Source: Planctomycetota bacterium (GTDB lineage: Bacteria; Planctomycetota; Planctomycetia; JALXBF01). From it: a stretch of DNA of 46,029 nucleotides. The position numbers were made by a program, and so were the translations under genes. Below, one piece after another: positions 18,270 through 27,233 of the stretch (positions are counted from its first letter, which is position 1; each line of letters opens with the position of its first letter). The notes beneath the pieces are model-generated. The model was not told where the DNA came from, ran no database searches, and saw only the letters and a list, made by a program, of their open reading frames with translations. The DNA is taken from NCBI GenBank assembly GCA_026991575.1, contig JALXBF010000135.1:1-46029 (forward strand). The letters run 5' to 3'.

Positions 18270-18293
18270 CAATACCAGAGGAACGAGGTATCC

Positions 18294-18716
18294 GTGAGCG
18301 ATCCAGAACGAAAGCAACTACAGCGATCCGCTTCGGATTTGCCCCCGCTGGGGCGGCGTGAGCTGTCGATCATGAACGTCGTCTGGGAGCTAGGGCAGGC
18401 GACGGTTCGCGACGTCGTGGAACGGCTCCCCGCCGACCTTGCCTACACGACCGTGCTCACCATGATGCGGCACCTCGAGAAGAAGGGCTACCTAACGCAC
18501 GAAGCCGTCGGTAAGCAGTACGTCTATCGTCCGACGGTAGCCCGAGAGGACGTGCAGCGGACGACGGTGGCGCAGTTGACCGAGCGGCTTTTCGGGGGGG
18601 CGGCCACGGAGTTGATCAGCACGGTGCTCCAGACCCAGGAGCTCACCGACGAAGAGGTCCGTGAGCTGAGGGCGGTATTGGATCGGCTTGCCAAGGGGTC
18701 GCCAAAACGGGAATGA
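18294..18716 (+). CDS. BlaI/MecI/CopY family transcriptional repressor
   Basis: RELSIMNVVWELGQATVRDV...LAYTTVLTMMRHLEKKGYL...YVYRP...LFGG. Confidence 0.95.
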   Translation: MSDPERKQLQRSASDLPPLGRRELSIMNVVWELGQATVRDVVERLPADLAYTTVLTMMRHLEKKGYLTHEAVGKQYVYRPTVAREDVQRTTVAQLTERLFGGAATELISTVLQTQELTDEEVRELRAVLDRLAKGSPKRE

Positions 18717-19900
18717 ATCCCTTCCTGCCCACAGCAGCCGAACAACTAACCGGGCTCCTCTGGATCGCCTCACTCCAGGCTGCCTTGCTCGTACCGCTGG
18801 CTGCGGTCATAGCCCGCCTGTTCTGTGTCACCGCCTGGCAGCGAGCCACCGTCTGGAAGCTGTCCCTCTACGGCCTGCTGATCGTGCCGCTGGCCAGTTT
18901 CCTGCTACCACACTGTTACCTCTTTTACCATGGCCCGTGGGAGCCGTTGTCGTTCCCCGCGATGCGGTTGCCCGGCACCCGTATCCTGCCGGCCCGACTG
19001 CTGGCCGCTGTGGGGCTATCCCCATCGCGGTTCTACCAACTGGCCCTGGGCACATGGGCCACGGTGGCTGCCGTCCGGTTCCTGCAACTTGTGTATGGTT
19101 GGCGCAGGACCGTGGAACTGGTCCGGTCCGGCCGGGTGGTTGACGGCCGTTTGATCGAGCGGTTGCTGCAGTCAGATCGGTGTCGCTGGGTTCTGCGCGA
19201 CGTGGCCCTGGTAATCACCCCCGCGGTACCGATTGCTGCCTGCTGGCGATTCCAGCGGCCGATGGTGCTGCTGTCGCCGGCTGTCTACCGGCTTCCGCGG
19301 AATGAATTGCGCATGATCCTGGTCCATGAGCTGGCCCACCTGTGCCAGAACCACTCGCTTGCGCTGTTCGCATCGGCGATGTGCCGGATTCTGTTCTGGT
19401 TCCACCCGCTGGTGCGCTGGGCCGTGACGCAGTTTCAGCGGTGGGCCGAGCACGCATGTGATGAGTATGTGGTTGAGGAACTTGGCGATGTTCGCGGTTA
19501 CGCGACCCTGCTGGCACGGCTGTCACTGGGCCGTCGCGCTAGCGAAGCGGTTCCGCAGCCGGTCAGCAGCTTCACGCACGGGAATGTCCGGCCGATCGAA
19601 CGGATCAACTGGCTGCTAGCTCTGGATGGGTCGGGGGGGCCCCGCCAGCAGCACCGCTTGCTGCCGCAGCTCGGGATGGTGCTTCTGATGACCGCACAGA
19701 TTGTTCTGGCGGTCGTGCGTGTGGATCTCTACAATCTGTCGCTGCGCGAGGGGCGCGTCGTCTGGACTGCCTGGCCGCCCTTTACGGCCCAGCTGGCCGA
19801 CCTGGTGGGCGTTACCTTGCGGGATTACCCGCTGGATGCGTTTCGCCACGACGTCCGCGAGCGCACGGAGCGGCAGCTTCAGTTGCGCACCATGCCGTGA
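18713..19900 (+). CDS. M56 family (BlaR1/MecR1-type) membrane metallopeptidase without penicillin-binding domain
   Basis: N-terminal TM helices, HELAH zinc motif, WFHPLV and EHACD. ATGA overlap with the repressor gene. Confidence 0.92.
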   Translation: MNPFLPTAAEQLTGLLWIASLQAALLVPLAAVIARLFCVTAWQRATVWKLSLYGLLIVPLASFLLPHCYLFYHGPWEPLSFPAMRLPGTRILPARLLAAVGLSPSRFYQLALGTWATVAAVRFLQLVYGWRRTVELVRSGRVVDGRLIERLLQSDRCRWVLRDVALVITPAVPIAACWRFQRPMVLLSPAVYRLPRNELRMILVHELAHLCQNHSLALFASAMCRILFWFHPLVRWAVTQFQRWAEHACDEYVVEELGDVRGYATLLARLSLGRRASEAVPQPVSSFTHGNVRPIERINWLLALDGSGGPRQQHRLLPQLGMVLLMTAQIVLAVVRVDLYNLSLREGRVVWTAWPPFTAQLADLVGVTLRDYPLDAFRHDVRERTERQLQLRTMP

Positions 19901-20583
19901 TCGTGGCACGTCGGGCACGGAGGCAACCGATGCGTCGTTTACCGACTCGAATCCGCCGCGCAGCCGCAGCTCTGCTCATGGCCGCGCTTGCGGGACTGGC
20001 CTACTGGGCATGGGACCATCGCCACTACTGGCTGCTTCATCACTTCCGTGAGGTGGTTCCGGGACGAGTCTACGCGGGCGGCTACCAGTATCCCGGACCG
20101 CTCCGCCGTATCGTGCAGCGCTACGGTATCCGCACGGTGCTCTGCCTGCGCGACGATCCCACCGACCCGAACGACCTCCTCGAACGCGCCGTACTCCGTG
20201 AATACGGCGTGCAGTTCGTGCGCGTCGTGATCCCGTTCAATCGACCGATCGCCGAGCAGCTGGCCGCGGTGCGCAAGGCGCTGGCGATCCTACGCAACCG
20301 CAAGAACGAGCCCGTGTTCGTTCACTGTTGGGGGGGACAGCATCGCACCGGTGTCATCGTCGGTGCCTACCGTGCCCGGTTCCAGCGCTGGCCCGAGGAG
20401 CGGATCTGGGCGGAATTCGAGCGTACCGGCGGCATGACCGCTGACCCACCGTACGCAGCCCGTCTGCTTGCAGCGTTTCTGAAGCGTGAGCGGCGCAGGC
20501 GTGCTCGTCTGGCCGCGCGCGAGCGCACCGTTCCGCCCGCCCATCACTCACCGCCTGCCTCAACCGGCCCATCCGTGCCGTAG
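19897..20583 (+). CDS. Membrane-anchored protein-tyrosine/dual-specificity phosphatase family protein
   Basis: VFVHCWGGQHRTG (CX5R loop), GIRTVLCLR and an N-terminal hydrophobic segment. GTGA overlap with the M56 gene (alternative start ATG 19930). Confidence 0.88.
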   Translation: MIVARRARRQPMRRLPTRIRRAAAALLMAALAGLAYWAWDHRHYWLLHHFREVVPGRVYAGGYQYPGPLRRIVQRYGIRTVLCLRDDPTDPNDLLERAVLREYGVQFVRVVIPFNRPIAEQLAAVRKALAILRNRKNEPVFVHCWGGQHRTGVIVGAYRARFQRWPEERIWAEFERTGGMTADPPYAARLLAAFLKRERRRRARLAARERTVPPAHHSPPASTGPSVP

Positions 20584-23500
20584 AGCACGTACGAGAGCAT
20601 ATCGAGGATCTCGTCGCGCGTAGCCGTATTCAACAGTCCCTGCGGCATCAGGCTGGTACGCGATTCCATCCGTTCCTCGATCTGCTTCTCGTCCAACACC
20701 ACCGGCTCGGTCTGGCCGGTATCCAGCGGGTTCACGCGCAGCACGAGCTTGCCATCCCTCTCCTCCTTGACGATCCCCGTGTACAGCTTCCCCTCGGTGG
20801 TCAGAATCACTGTCGTCCGGTACTCATCCGCAATGCTCTTCGACGGCTCTATCACTGACTGAAGCACGTACAGCTTGTCGATTTCCCCTTTGCGGAACCG
20901 AGCCCGGATGCGTGCCAGCGGTGGCGCGATCTGTTGCTGTTGCTGGCCTTGCAACTCGTGGCACTTGGCGCACGCAAGCTGCTCGAACAGCTGCCGACCG
21001 CGCGCCAAGTCTCGGTTTGGCCCGATCTTGTCCAATGACACCTTCAGGTCCTCTACCGTCCACTCGCGCACGAACTTCCGTGCCGAAGGCTGCGGTGCCA
21101 CCGCAGTCTCCGCACCGGCCAGCCGCTGCGGCGGAACCGCATCCAGGTCCTCCACGACGTGCATGATCCCGTTCATGCGGCGCCAGTGGCCGGGGAAGGT
21201 GCACACGTACGGGTAGTCGTCCGGCTTGGACGGTGCCGTGAAGGTGATCCGGTCCTCCTGGCCGGGCTGCAACAGCTTCGTGTGATACAGCACCTCCCGC
21301 AGCCGCGGCACGAAACCGCGTTCGAACCCACGAGGATCGACCGCCAGGTCGTCTGAGGCCTTGCCGATCGTCAGCAGCGAACCCGGACGACCGATGACCA
21401 GGTTGTGCGGCATCACGTCGGTGTTCTGGAACACGATCTCCACCGGCTTGCCCGCCTCCACGTAGATCTCCCGCTTGTCGTACAGCAACATGTGGGGTAC
21501 CGGTCGGATCACGATCACACGGACGCCTAGGTCCGAGAGCCTGTTCCGGTACTGGCGAGCCGTGTCGGTGGGCAGGACGGAGGTAAGCTGGTAGCCGAGT
21601 TCCAGCGCGGCGCGAGCATCAGGCTGCGTGCGCCGTTTTGGCGGCATCGCTGCCAGCATCGCGACGATCCGGTCCAACAACGGTTGCACCTCCTGAATCG
21701 GCCAGCCTGAAGGCGCGATCCGCGCCAGTGCGCGATATGCCGTCTCGCGCAGCGGCGGCTGGTCGGTGAGCGAAGCCAGGAAGCGAAACACCTCTGCCGG
21801 CTCCTGTCCAGTGCTGACCAGCGCATCGATCGCCGCGCGGCGAAGCATCACGGCAGGCGGCCCGCCGAGTGCCCGGCGGTAGTCTCGGGCGCGCCTGCGT
21901 CCCAGCAACTCAGCCACCGGCTTGGGAAACTGTCCACGTGCGATCCGGAAGATCCGCTCATGCAACGCCGCCCGCTGTGAGGCTTCCGGAAACTGAGGCA
22001 CGGCACGCAGCACGGCATACAGCACGACCGGATCGCGGGTCGCCAACGACCAGGCCGGTTCCACGTCGCCGTCGGCAAGCACCAGGGCAATTGCTGCGAT
22101 CTGACGCGTGAACGCTCGCCGGCCGGTCGTAAGCAGGCGCTCGATCCGCCCGCGCTCGGCACGGAACGCTTCCCGATCGAATTGGATGGCATGCCGTTGT
22201 GCTGCGGCCTCGGGCGAGCCGGCGCCGGCCAGTAGCAGGTGTGCCAGGTCGTGCAGCACTTCTTCGGCTCGCTCAGCCTCCGACCCGTCCAGCCGCGCGA
22301 TGGCGCGGATCAGCTCGGCCGTCTCGGTCGATCGGTTCAGCTTCGCCAGCGCGGCTACGGCCTCCAGCCGATACTTCGGCGGCACCCCGGCACGGGACAG
22401 CAACGCTTCATAGACCAACCGTGTCCGCGGCAGCTTGATGAGCGTTGCGGTGGGCACGTTCTGAAGCAGGTACTGGATGCCGGCAATGTTATCGGAGGCG
22501 AACGGTCTTCCGGCCTCCACCGCCTCACGCCACCAGGGCTCCAGCTGCGTCATCGTCTCTCGAAGCGTGTACTCCAGATACTCATCCATCGGCTTCTTCA
22601 ACACCAGCAGCGCCACCTCCGCTGCTTGCGCACTGCGGAAGAAGCTGCACGCACGCACTGCCTCCAGCCGCACCAGCGGATGCTCATCCTGCACCATCCG
22701 TGCCAACTTGCCGAGCGGATCGGAGACCCGATCACGCCAATAGCAGAGCACTCGTGTCGCTGCGGCGCGGGCACGGTGGTCCGGTGAGCGAAGCATCCGC
22801 TCCAGGAGCGCTTCGTTGACCACGTTGTGCTGCGAATACAGCCACAACGCCTCCAGCAAGTGATGCTCGTAGTCCGGATCGTTCTTGTCCAAACGCTCGA
22901 TCCAGCGATCAGCTGCCGCGAGGACCTCCTGCGTGTCTCGACTGCTTAGCTCGATCCGAGCCCGATAGCGCACCCGATCCTCCGGCTCCTTCAGCAGGTC
23001 GAGCAACTCATCGATCGGGCGCCCTGCAATCGGCTTTGGCTTCAGCAACGGTCGACCGCGATAGATGACACGGTAGATTCGACCGTGCTCTTTGTCTCGG
23101 TTCGGATCGCGAATGTGGTGTTGCATATGGCCGATGAGCGGGTTCTGCCAATCACAGAAGTAGAGGGCCCCATCCGGTCCGATCTCCAAGTCCACCGGCC
23201 GGAAATTGGGATCGGTCGAATACAGGATCGGCTCCTGCTCGATGCCTTCGAAGCTGGCACCTTTGGGCCGAATCTTGTAGCGGAGGATTCCCTGGAAGCC
23301 GATCACGTTGGCCACCAGCAGATCCCCCTGGTATTCCTCGGGGAAGTGTCGGCTGGAGAGGATTTCGATGCCGGGGCACGGCCGTGTGCGGCGGCGGTAG
23401 AGCACCGGGGCCTTGCGGTGGCGCTTCGGGTAGTCCAGGTGACCGCTGAACAGGGTCGCATGGTAGGGAATGGCCCCGGTACCGTCGACCACGATGTCCT

Positions 23501-25160
23501 GGCCCCACCGGTCGAAGACGTGGCCGTGTGGATTGGCGAAGCCGTACGGCACGTACCGCTCCACACGCCACGTCCGCGGTTCGAACCGCCACACGCAGGC
23601 ATCCAGGTTCCGCACCACTCCGTAGGGGGACTCGATCTGCGAACGGTGGAAGATACCCTCCTGAAAGTACAGCGCCCCCTCAGGCCCGATCACGAAGCTG
23701 TTGGCCGTGTGGTGCGTGTCAGCTGTGTCCACGTGGCTGAGCACACGGATCCGCACGTCAGCCCGGTCATCGCCATCCGTGTCCTTCAGGAACAGCAGGT
23801 AAGGCCCTTCAGCCACGTAGACGCCGCCGTTCCAGAATTCAAATCCGGTCGGATTGTTGAGGTTATCCGCAAAGGCGGTGCACTTGTCCGCACGGCCATC
23901 GCCGTCGGTATCCTCTAGAATCAGCAACTTGTCGTTCATCGGGTCCTTAGGCTTCCAGTGCGGGTAGGTGGGCCAGACGGCGACCCAGAGCCGCCCCTTG
24001 GTATCGAACGCCATCTGCACCGGATTGACCAACTCGGGGAACATCTCCTCCGAGGCGAAGAGTTGGACCTCCAGGTTCTTGCCGGTCTTCATGCGTGAGA
24101 TCGCCTCTTCGCCCCCGAGAAACAGGTGCGTACCGTTGGGCCCTGGCCCAGGCTTGTTCGTTTTCACCTCGATGAACGGCGGCGTGTTGCTGTCGTCCAC
24201 CTGCAGGTCACCCCCCTGCGCCACCGCCCAGATCCGGCGGTCACGATTGGCACACATCACATCCAGGATCTCCATCTCCCGTTGCAGCACCTCGCGGTTG
24301 CTGATGCCATCGGTGTACTTCAGGTAGGAACGGCCGCCGTAAACGTTGTATCCGTCGGTGGTCCGGTAGCGATGGAACCAGTGGAAGTTCTTGTCCAGGA
24401 CAGCCTGACGAAGCCGCTCGAGCCGCACCCAGTCGATCGGGCGGGCTCTCGGTCCGAACAGTGCCCGATCAATGATTTCGGCAACCATGCGATTGCCCAG
24501 CTCGTTGAGATGACAGCCGTTGTAGGTAAGCGGGCGATCAAGCTTGCGGTAAAGCTCTAGCGTCGGTTCGAACAGATCGACGAACAGCACGCCACGCCGG
24601 CGACAGACCTCACGCATCGCTTGCGTGTACATCCGGAGCAGATGGTTGTGCTCGGTGCCGTCCGGCAGGTTCGGATCACCGAGGTTTTCGAAGGCGATGG
24701 GCGAGAAGAGCACCAGCCGCGGCGCCGACTTGCCGTTGTATTTCTGGCCCAACGTGTGCGTGAGGAACTGGCTCAGTTGTTCGCGAAACCGGTCAAGTCC
24801 TTCCTTGCCATCGAACGATTCCAGGAACCCGTAAAAGGCAAAGATCACGTCAGCCTTATGAAACGCCAGGTGCTCGTCCTGCGTGCCGAAGCCCTGGACT
24901 CGGATTCTCTCAGCCACCTCGTCACCGGCATAGCCCAGATTTCGGATGTACAAGCGGTGCCGCGGGAAGCGGTCATGAAGCAGGGTTTCTAAGTAGCCGA
25001 AGTGTTGCATCCGTTCGGCCAGCGCGTTGCCGATGAAGACGATGTGATCACCGGGCTTCAGTTCGAGTCGAGGTGCGGATCGGTCATCGGCATGGGCAAT
25101 GGGTGGGGTCTGCAACAGGAGGAGAGCAAACAGGGCCAGTGGCAACAGACGGCTAGGCAT
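20544..25160 (-). CDS. PVC-type heme-binding multidomain protein: SGNH/GDSL-like, dehydrogenase-like propeller, HEAT, cupredoxin and cytochrome c domains
   Basis: Signal peptide; GNALAERMQ/NGCHLN; LFASEE..P..VNPVQMAFD.KGRLWV; PHN...CTFPGHWRRM copper site; CAKCH heme motif; SLMPQGL. Confidence 0.92.
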   Translation of the reverse strand: MPSRLLPLALFALLLLQTPPIAHADDRSAPRLELKPGDHIVFIGNALAERMQHFGYLETLLHDRFPRHRLYIRNLGYAGDEVAERIRVQGFGTQDEHLAFHKADVIFAFYGFLESFDGKEGLDRFREQLSQFLTHTLGQKYNGKSAPRLVLFSPIAFENLGDPNLPDGTEHNHLLRMYTQAMREVCRRRGVLFVDLFEPTLELYRKLDRPLTYNGCHLNELGNRMVAEIIDRALFGPRARPIDWVRLERLRQAVLDKNFHWFHRYRTTDGYNVYGGRSYLKYTDGISNREVLQREMEILDVMCANRDRRIWAVAQGGDLQVDDSNTPPFIEVKTNKPGPGPNGTHLFLGGEEAISRMKTGKNLEVQLFASEEMFPELVNPVQMAFDTKGRLWVAVWPTYPHWKPKDPMNDKLLILEDTDGDGRADKCTAFADNLNNPTGFEFWNGGVYVAEGPYLLFLKDTDGDDRADVRIRVLSHVDTADTHHTANSFVIGPEGALYFQEGIFHRSQIESPYGVVRNLDACVWRFEPRTWRVERYVPYGFANPHGHVFDRWGQDIVVDGTGAIPYHATLFSGHLDYPKRHRKAPVLYRRRTRPCPGIEILSSRHFPEEYQGDLLVANVIGFQGILRYKIRPKGASFEGIEQEPILYSTDPNFRPVDLEIGPDGALYFCDWQNPLIGHMQHHIRDPNRDKEHGRIYRVIYRGRPLLKPKPIAGRPIDELLDLLKEPEDRVRYRARIELSSRDTQEVLAAADRWIERLDKNDPDYEHHLLEALWLYSQHNVVNEALLERMLRSPDHRARAAATRVLCYWRDRVSDPLGKLARMVQDEHPLVRLEAVRACSFFRSAQAAEVALLVLKKPMDEYLEYTLRETMTQLEPWWREAVEAGRPFASDNIAGIQYLLQNVPTATLIKLPRTRLVYEALLSRAGVPPKYRLEAVAALAKLNRSTETAELIRAIARLDGSEAERAEEVLHDLAHLLLAGAGSPEAAAQRHAIQFDREAFRAERGRIERLLTTGRRAFTRQIAAIALVLADGDVEPAWSLATRDPVVLYAVLRAVPQFPEASQRAALHERIFRIARGQFPKPVAELLGRRRARDYRRALGGPPAVMLRRAAIDALVSTGQEPAEVFRFLASLTDQPPLRETAYRALARIAPSGWPIQEVQPLLDRIVAMLAAMPPKRRTQPDARAALELGYQLTSVLPTDTARQYRNRLSDLGVRVIVIRPVPHMLLYDKREIYVEAGKPVEIVFQNTDVMPHNLVIGRPGSLLTIGKASDDLAVDPRGFERGFVPRLREVLYHTKLLQPGQEDRITFTAPSKPDDYPYVCTFPGHWRRMNGIMHVVEDLDAVPPQRLAGAETAVAPQPSARKFVREWTVEDLKVSLDKIGPNRDLARGRQLFEQLACAKCHELQGQQQQQIAPPLARIRARFRKGEIDKLYVLQSVIEPSKSIADEYRTTVILTTEGKLYTGIVKEERDGKLVLRVNPLDTGQTEPVVLDEKQIEERMESRTSLMPQGLLNTATRDEILDMLSYVLYGTDGPVEAGGE

Positions 25161-25236
25161 GGGTCAAACCTCTCGTGTCGTTCGCGCTGTCAGCTCGCGC
25201 CCGGCTCCTTTGCGTCTCCCTGAGGCGGCGGGTGCG

Positions 25237-26364
25237 CTATGCGTGCGAAGCGCGCGCGGCAAGCTGTTCACGGTGCAACGCCACGACCTCCTGCCACGTG
25301 TTTCGCACTCGGCGGACATACTCCAAGAAGAACGGGAGCTGGTCCAGGGTCATGGCCTGGGGACCATCGCAGAGGGCTTTCTCGGGGCAGGGGTGGAAGT
25401 CCACCAGGACGTTGGTCGCTCCGGCGATCAGTCCCTGACCGGTCACATGGATGATATCCAGAATCCCTTCCGGCCCCGCATAGCGGCGGCCCACACTGTG
25501 CGACGGGTCGATGCACACGGGCAACTTCGTCTGCCGGCGCACGACGGGCACGTGGGCAAAGTCAACCAGGTTCCGGTGCGGATCGCCCAGATTCGACTTC
25601 ACGCCGCGTAAACAGAAGACAATGCGGGGGTTCCCTTCGGCAGCAATGTACTCGCACGCATTCAGCGACTCCTCCAGCGTGATCCCCATGCCGCGTTTGT
25701 ACAGCACAGGGAACTCCTGCTGCCGTCCGATTGCCTTGAGCAACTCGAAGTTCTGCGCGTTGCGGGTACCAACCTGAAGCATCACACCCGTCGGCCAACC
25801 GGTCTGGTCCAGCGCCTGGCGTATCTCATCAATGTGGCGCGCGTCGGTGACTTCCATGGCAATCACCCGGATGCCGTACTTACCGGCAAGCTCGAAGACC
25901 CACGGCAAACATTCGGCGCCGAGCCCCTGGAAGTCGTACGGGCTGGTCCGCGGCTTGTACGCTCCCATCCGTGTCGTCACCACCCCGTGCTCGGCCAGCG
26001 CCCGCATCATCAATTCGACATGTTGGGGCGTGTCTACGGCACAGAGCCCGGCAAACACGTTTACGTGCTCATCGTCGAACCGAACGCCGTTGTATTCGAA
26101 GCCGAACCGCTGCTGGCCGCGGTCGTGGCGGCCGATCAGCCGGTAGCGGGAGGAGACGCGTACGACACTGCGTACACCAGGCAGATCCTCGAACGGTTCC
26201 GTGGGCACACGGACCGTGTCGCCAACGAGATGGATCTCAATCAGTGTCTGCGTTGCCCCTTTGAAGACGTATTTCTTGGTCTGGACACGGGGGTATTTGG
26301 CAGCTTCGCGTAAGACCGCTTCGATCGTTTCCTCAGGGGCATCCGGGTCAAGCGTAATCACCAT
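25237..26364 (-). CDS. aroF: 3-deoxy-7-phosphoheptulonate (DAHP) synthase, class I-beta with N-terminal regulatory domain
   Basis: AGLCAVD, GAYKPRTSPYDFQGLG, QVGTRNAQNFELLK, KRG, DPSH and LCDGPQ. Confidence 0.92.
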   Translation of the reverse strand: MVITLDPDAPEETIEAVLREAAKYPRVQTKKYVFKGATQTLIEIHLVGDTVRVPTEPFEDLPGVRSVVRVSSRYRLIGRHDRGQQRFGFEYNGVRFDDEHVNVFAGLCAVDTPQHVELMMRALAEHGVVTTRMGAYKPRTSPYDFQGLGAECLPWVFELAGKYGIRVIAMEVTDARHIDEIRQALDQTGWPTGVMLQVGTRNAQNFELLKAIGRQQEFPVLYKRGMGITLEESLNACEYIAAEGNPRIVFCLRGVKSNLGDPHRNLVDFAHVPVVRRQTKLPVCIDPSHSVGRRYAGPEGILDIIHVTGQGLIAGATNVLVDFHPCPEKALCDGPQAMTLDQLPFFLEYVRRVRNTWQEVVALHREQLAARASHA

Positions 26365-26429
26365 GTTGCCATCAGACCTCCTGTGTGGCAGGCGTTGAAT
26401 GTACCGCAGGCAAGCATCAGAGGCAGGCG

Positions 26430-27020
26430 CTAGTTCAGGCTGGCATCAGGAGGAATCTGGTAGGGCTTCAGCACCGCGGAGAAGAACCGCTGCTGAAGCA
26501 GACGTCCGACGCGACGCCAAAGGTCCTCCTCACCGCAGAAGATAAGCTCTGGCGTCGCCGGCAACGTGATCCACGCTCCTTCGTCCAGCTCTGATTCGAG
26601 CTGGCCGCCGGCCCAGCCTGAGTAGAACGTGAACACACGCAGTTGCTCCGGTGGATCGTTCAGCAGTCGGTCGATGACGTCCGGGCTGGCCGCAAAGTAG
26701 ACGCCGTCGATCACCTCACCCTCAGCACACTCCGCATCGTTGTGCAGCGCGATCAGCGGCCCGGTGACGGGCCCTCCCAGGTACAGTGGCCCGTCAAAGG
26801 CACATTCGCCTCGGCCCGACTGCTGCCACACCTCCCGCACCGTCTTGGACATCGGTCGGTTCAACACCAGCCCGAACGCACCGTCCTCATTGTGCTGCAG
26901 CAGCAGCACAACGGTGCGGTAGAAATTCGGGTCCAGCAGGTGAGGGGCGGCCATCAGGAACCAACCGCGTAAGCTGGGCATCTTCTTGGCTTTGTACAGA
27001 TTCGACCAGGTCTCACTCAT
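26430..27020 (-). CDS. YqgE/AlgH family protein
   Basis: DPNFYRTVVLL..HNEDGAFGLVLNRP, GGPV and YSGWAGGQLESEL.EGAW. Confidence 0.95.
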   Translation of the reverse strand: MSETWSNLYKAKKMPSLRGWFLMAAPHLLDPNFYRTVVLLLQHNEDGAFGLVLNRPMSKTVREVWQQSGRGECAFDGPLYLGGPVTGPLIALHNDAECAEGEVIDGVYFAASPDVIDRLLNDPPEQLRVFTFYSGWAGGQLESELDEGAWITLPATPELIFCGEEDLWRRVGRLLQQRFFSAVLKPYQIPPDASLN

Positions 27021-27233
27021 CGGCTCGGTTGTCCCCCTTCTGGCATCTGCCCCAAGCGCCTTACCTCTCGAATTCTATGAGCACCGGGGCGCTACCCCAG
27101 CGACCACGCCAGGTCCGGCCCGATCGGAAAACCGACTCGGTCCGGTCTCTGGAAAAAACCGGGCGGCCGGTCCAATAAAGCCTTCTGGCCGGCGCCGGCC
27201 ACCGGCACCGGCCCGCGGCGCCGCCTACCGGCA

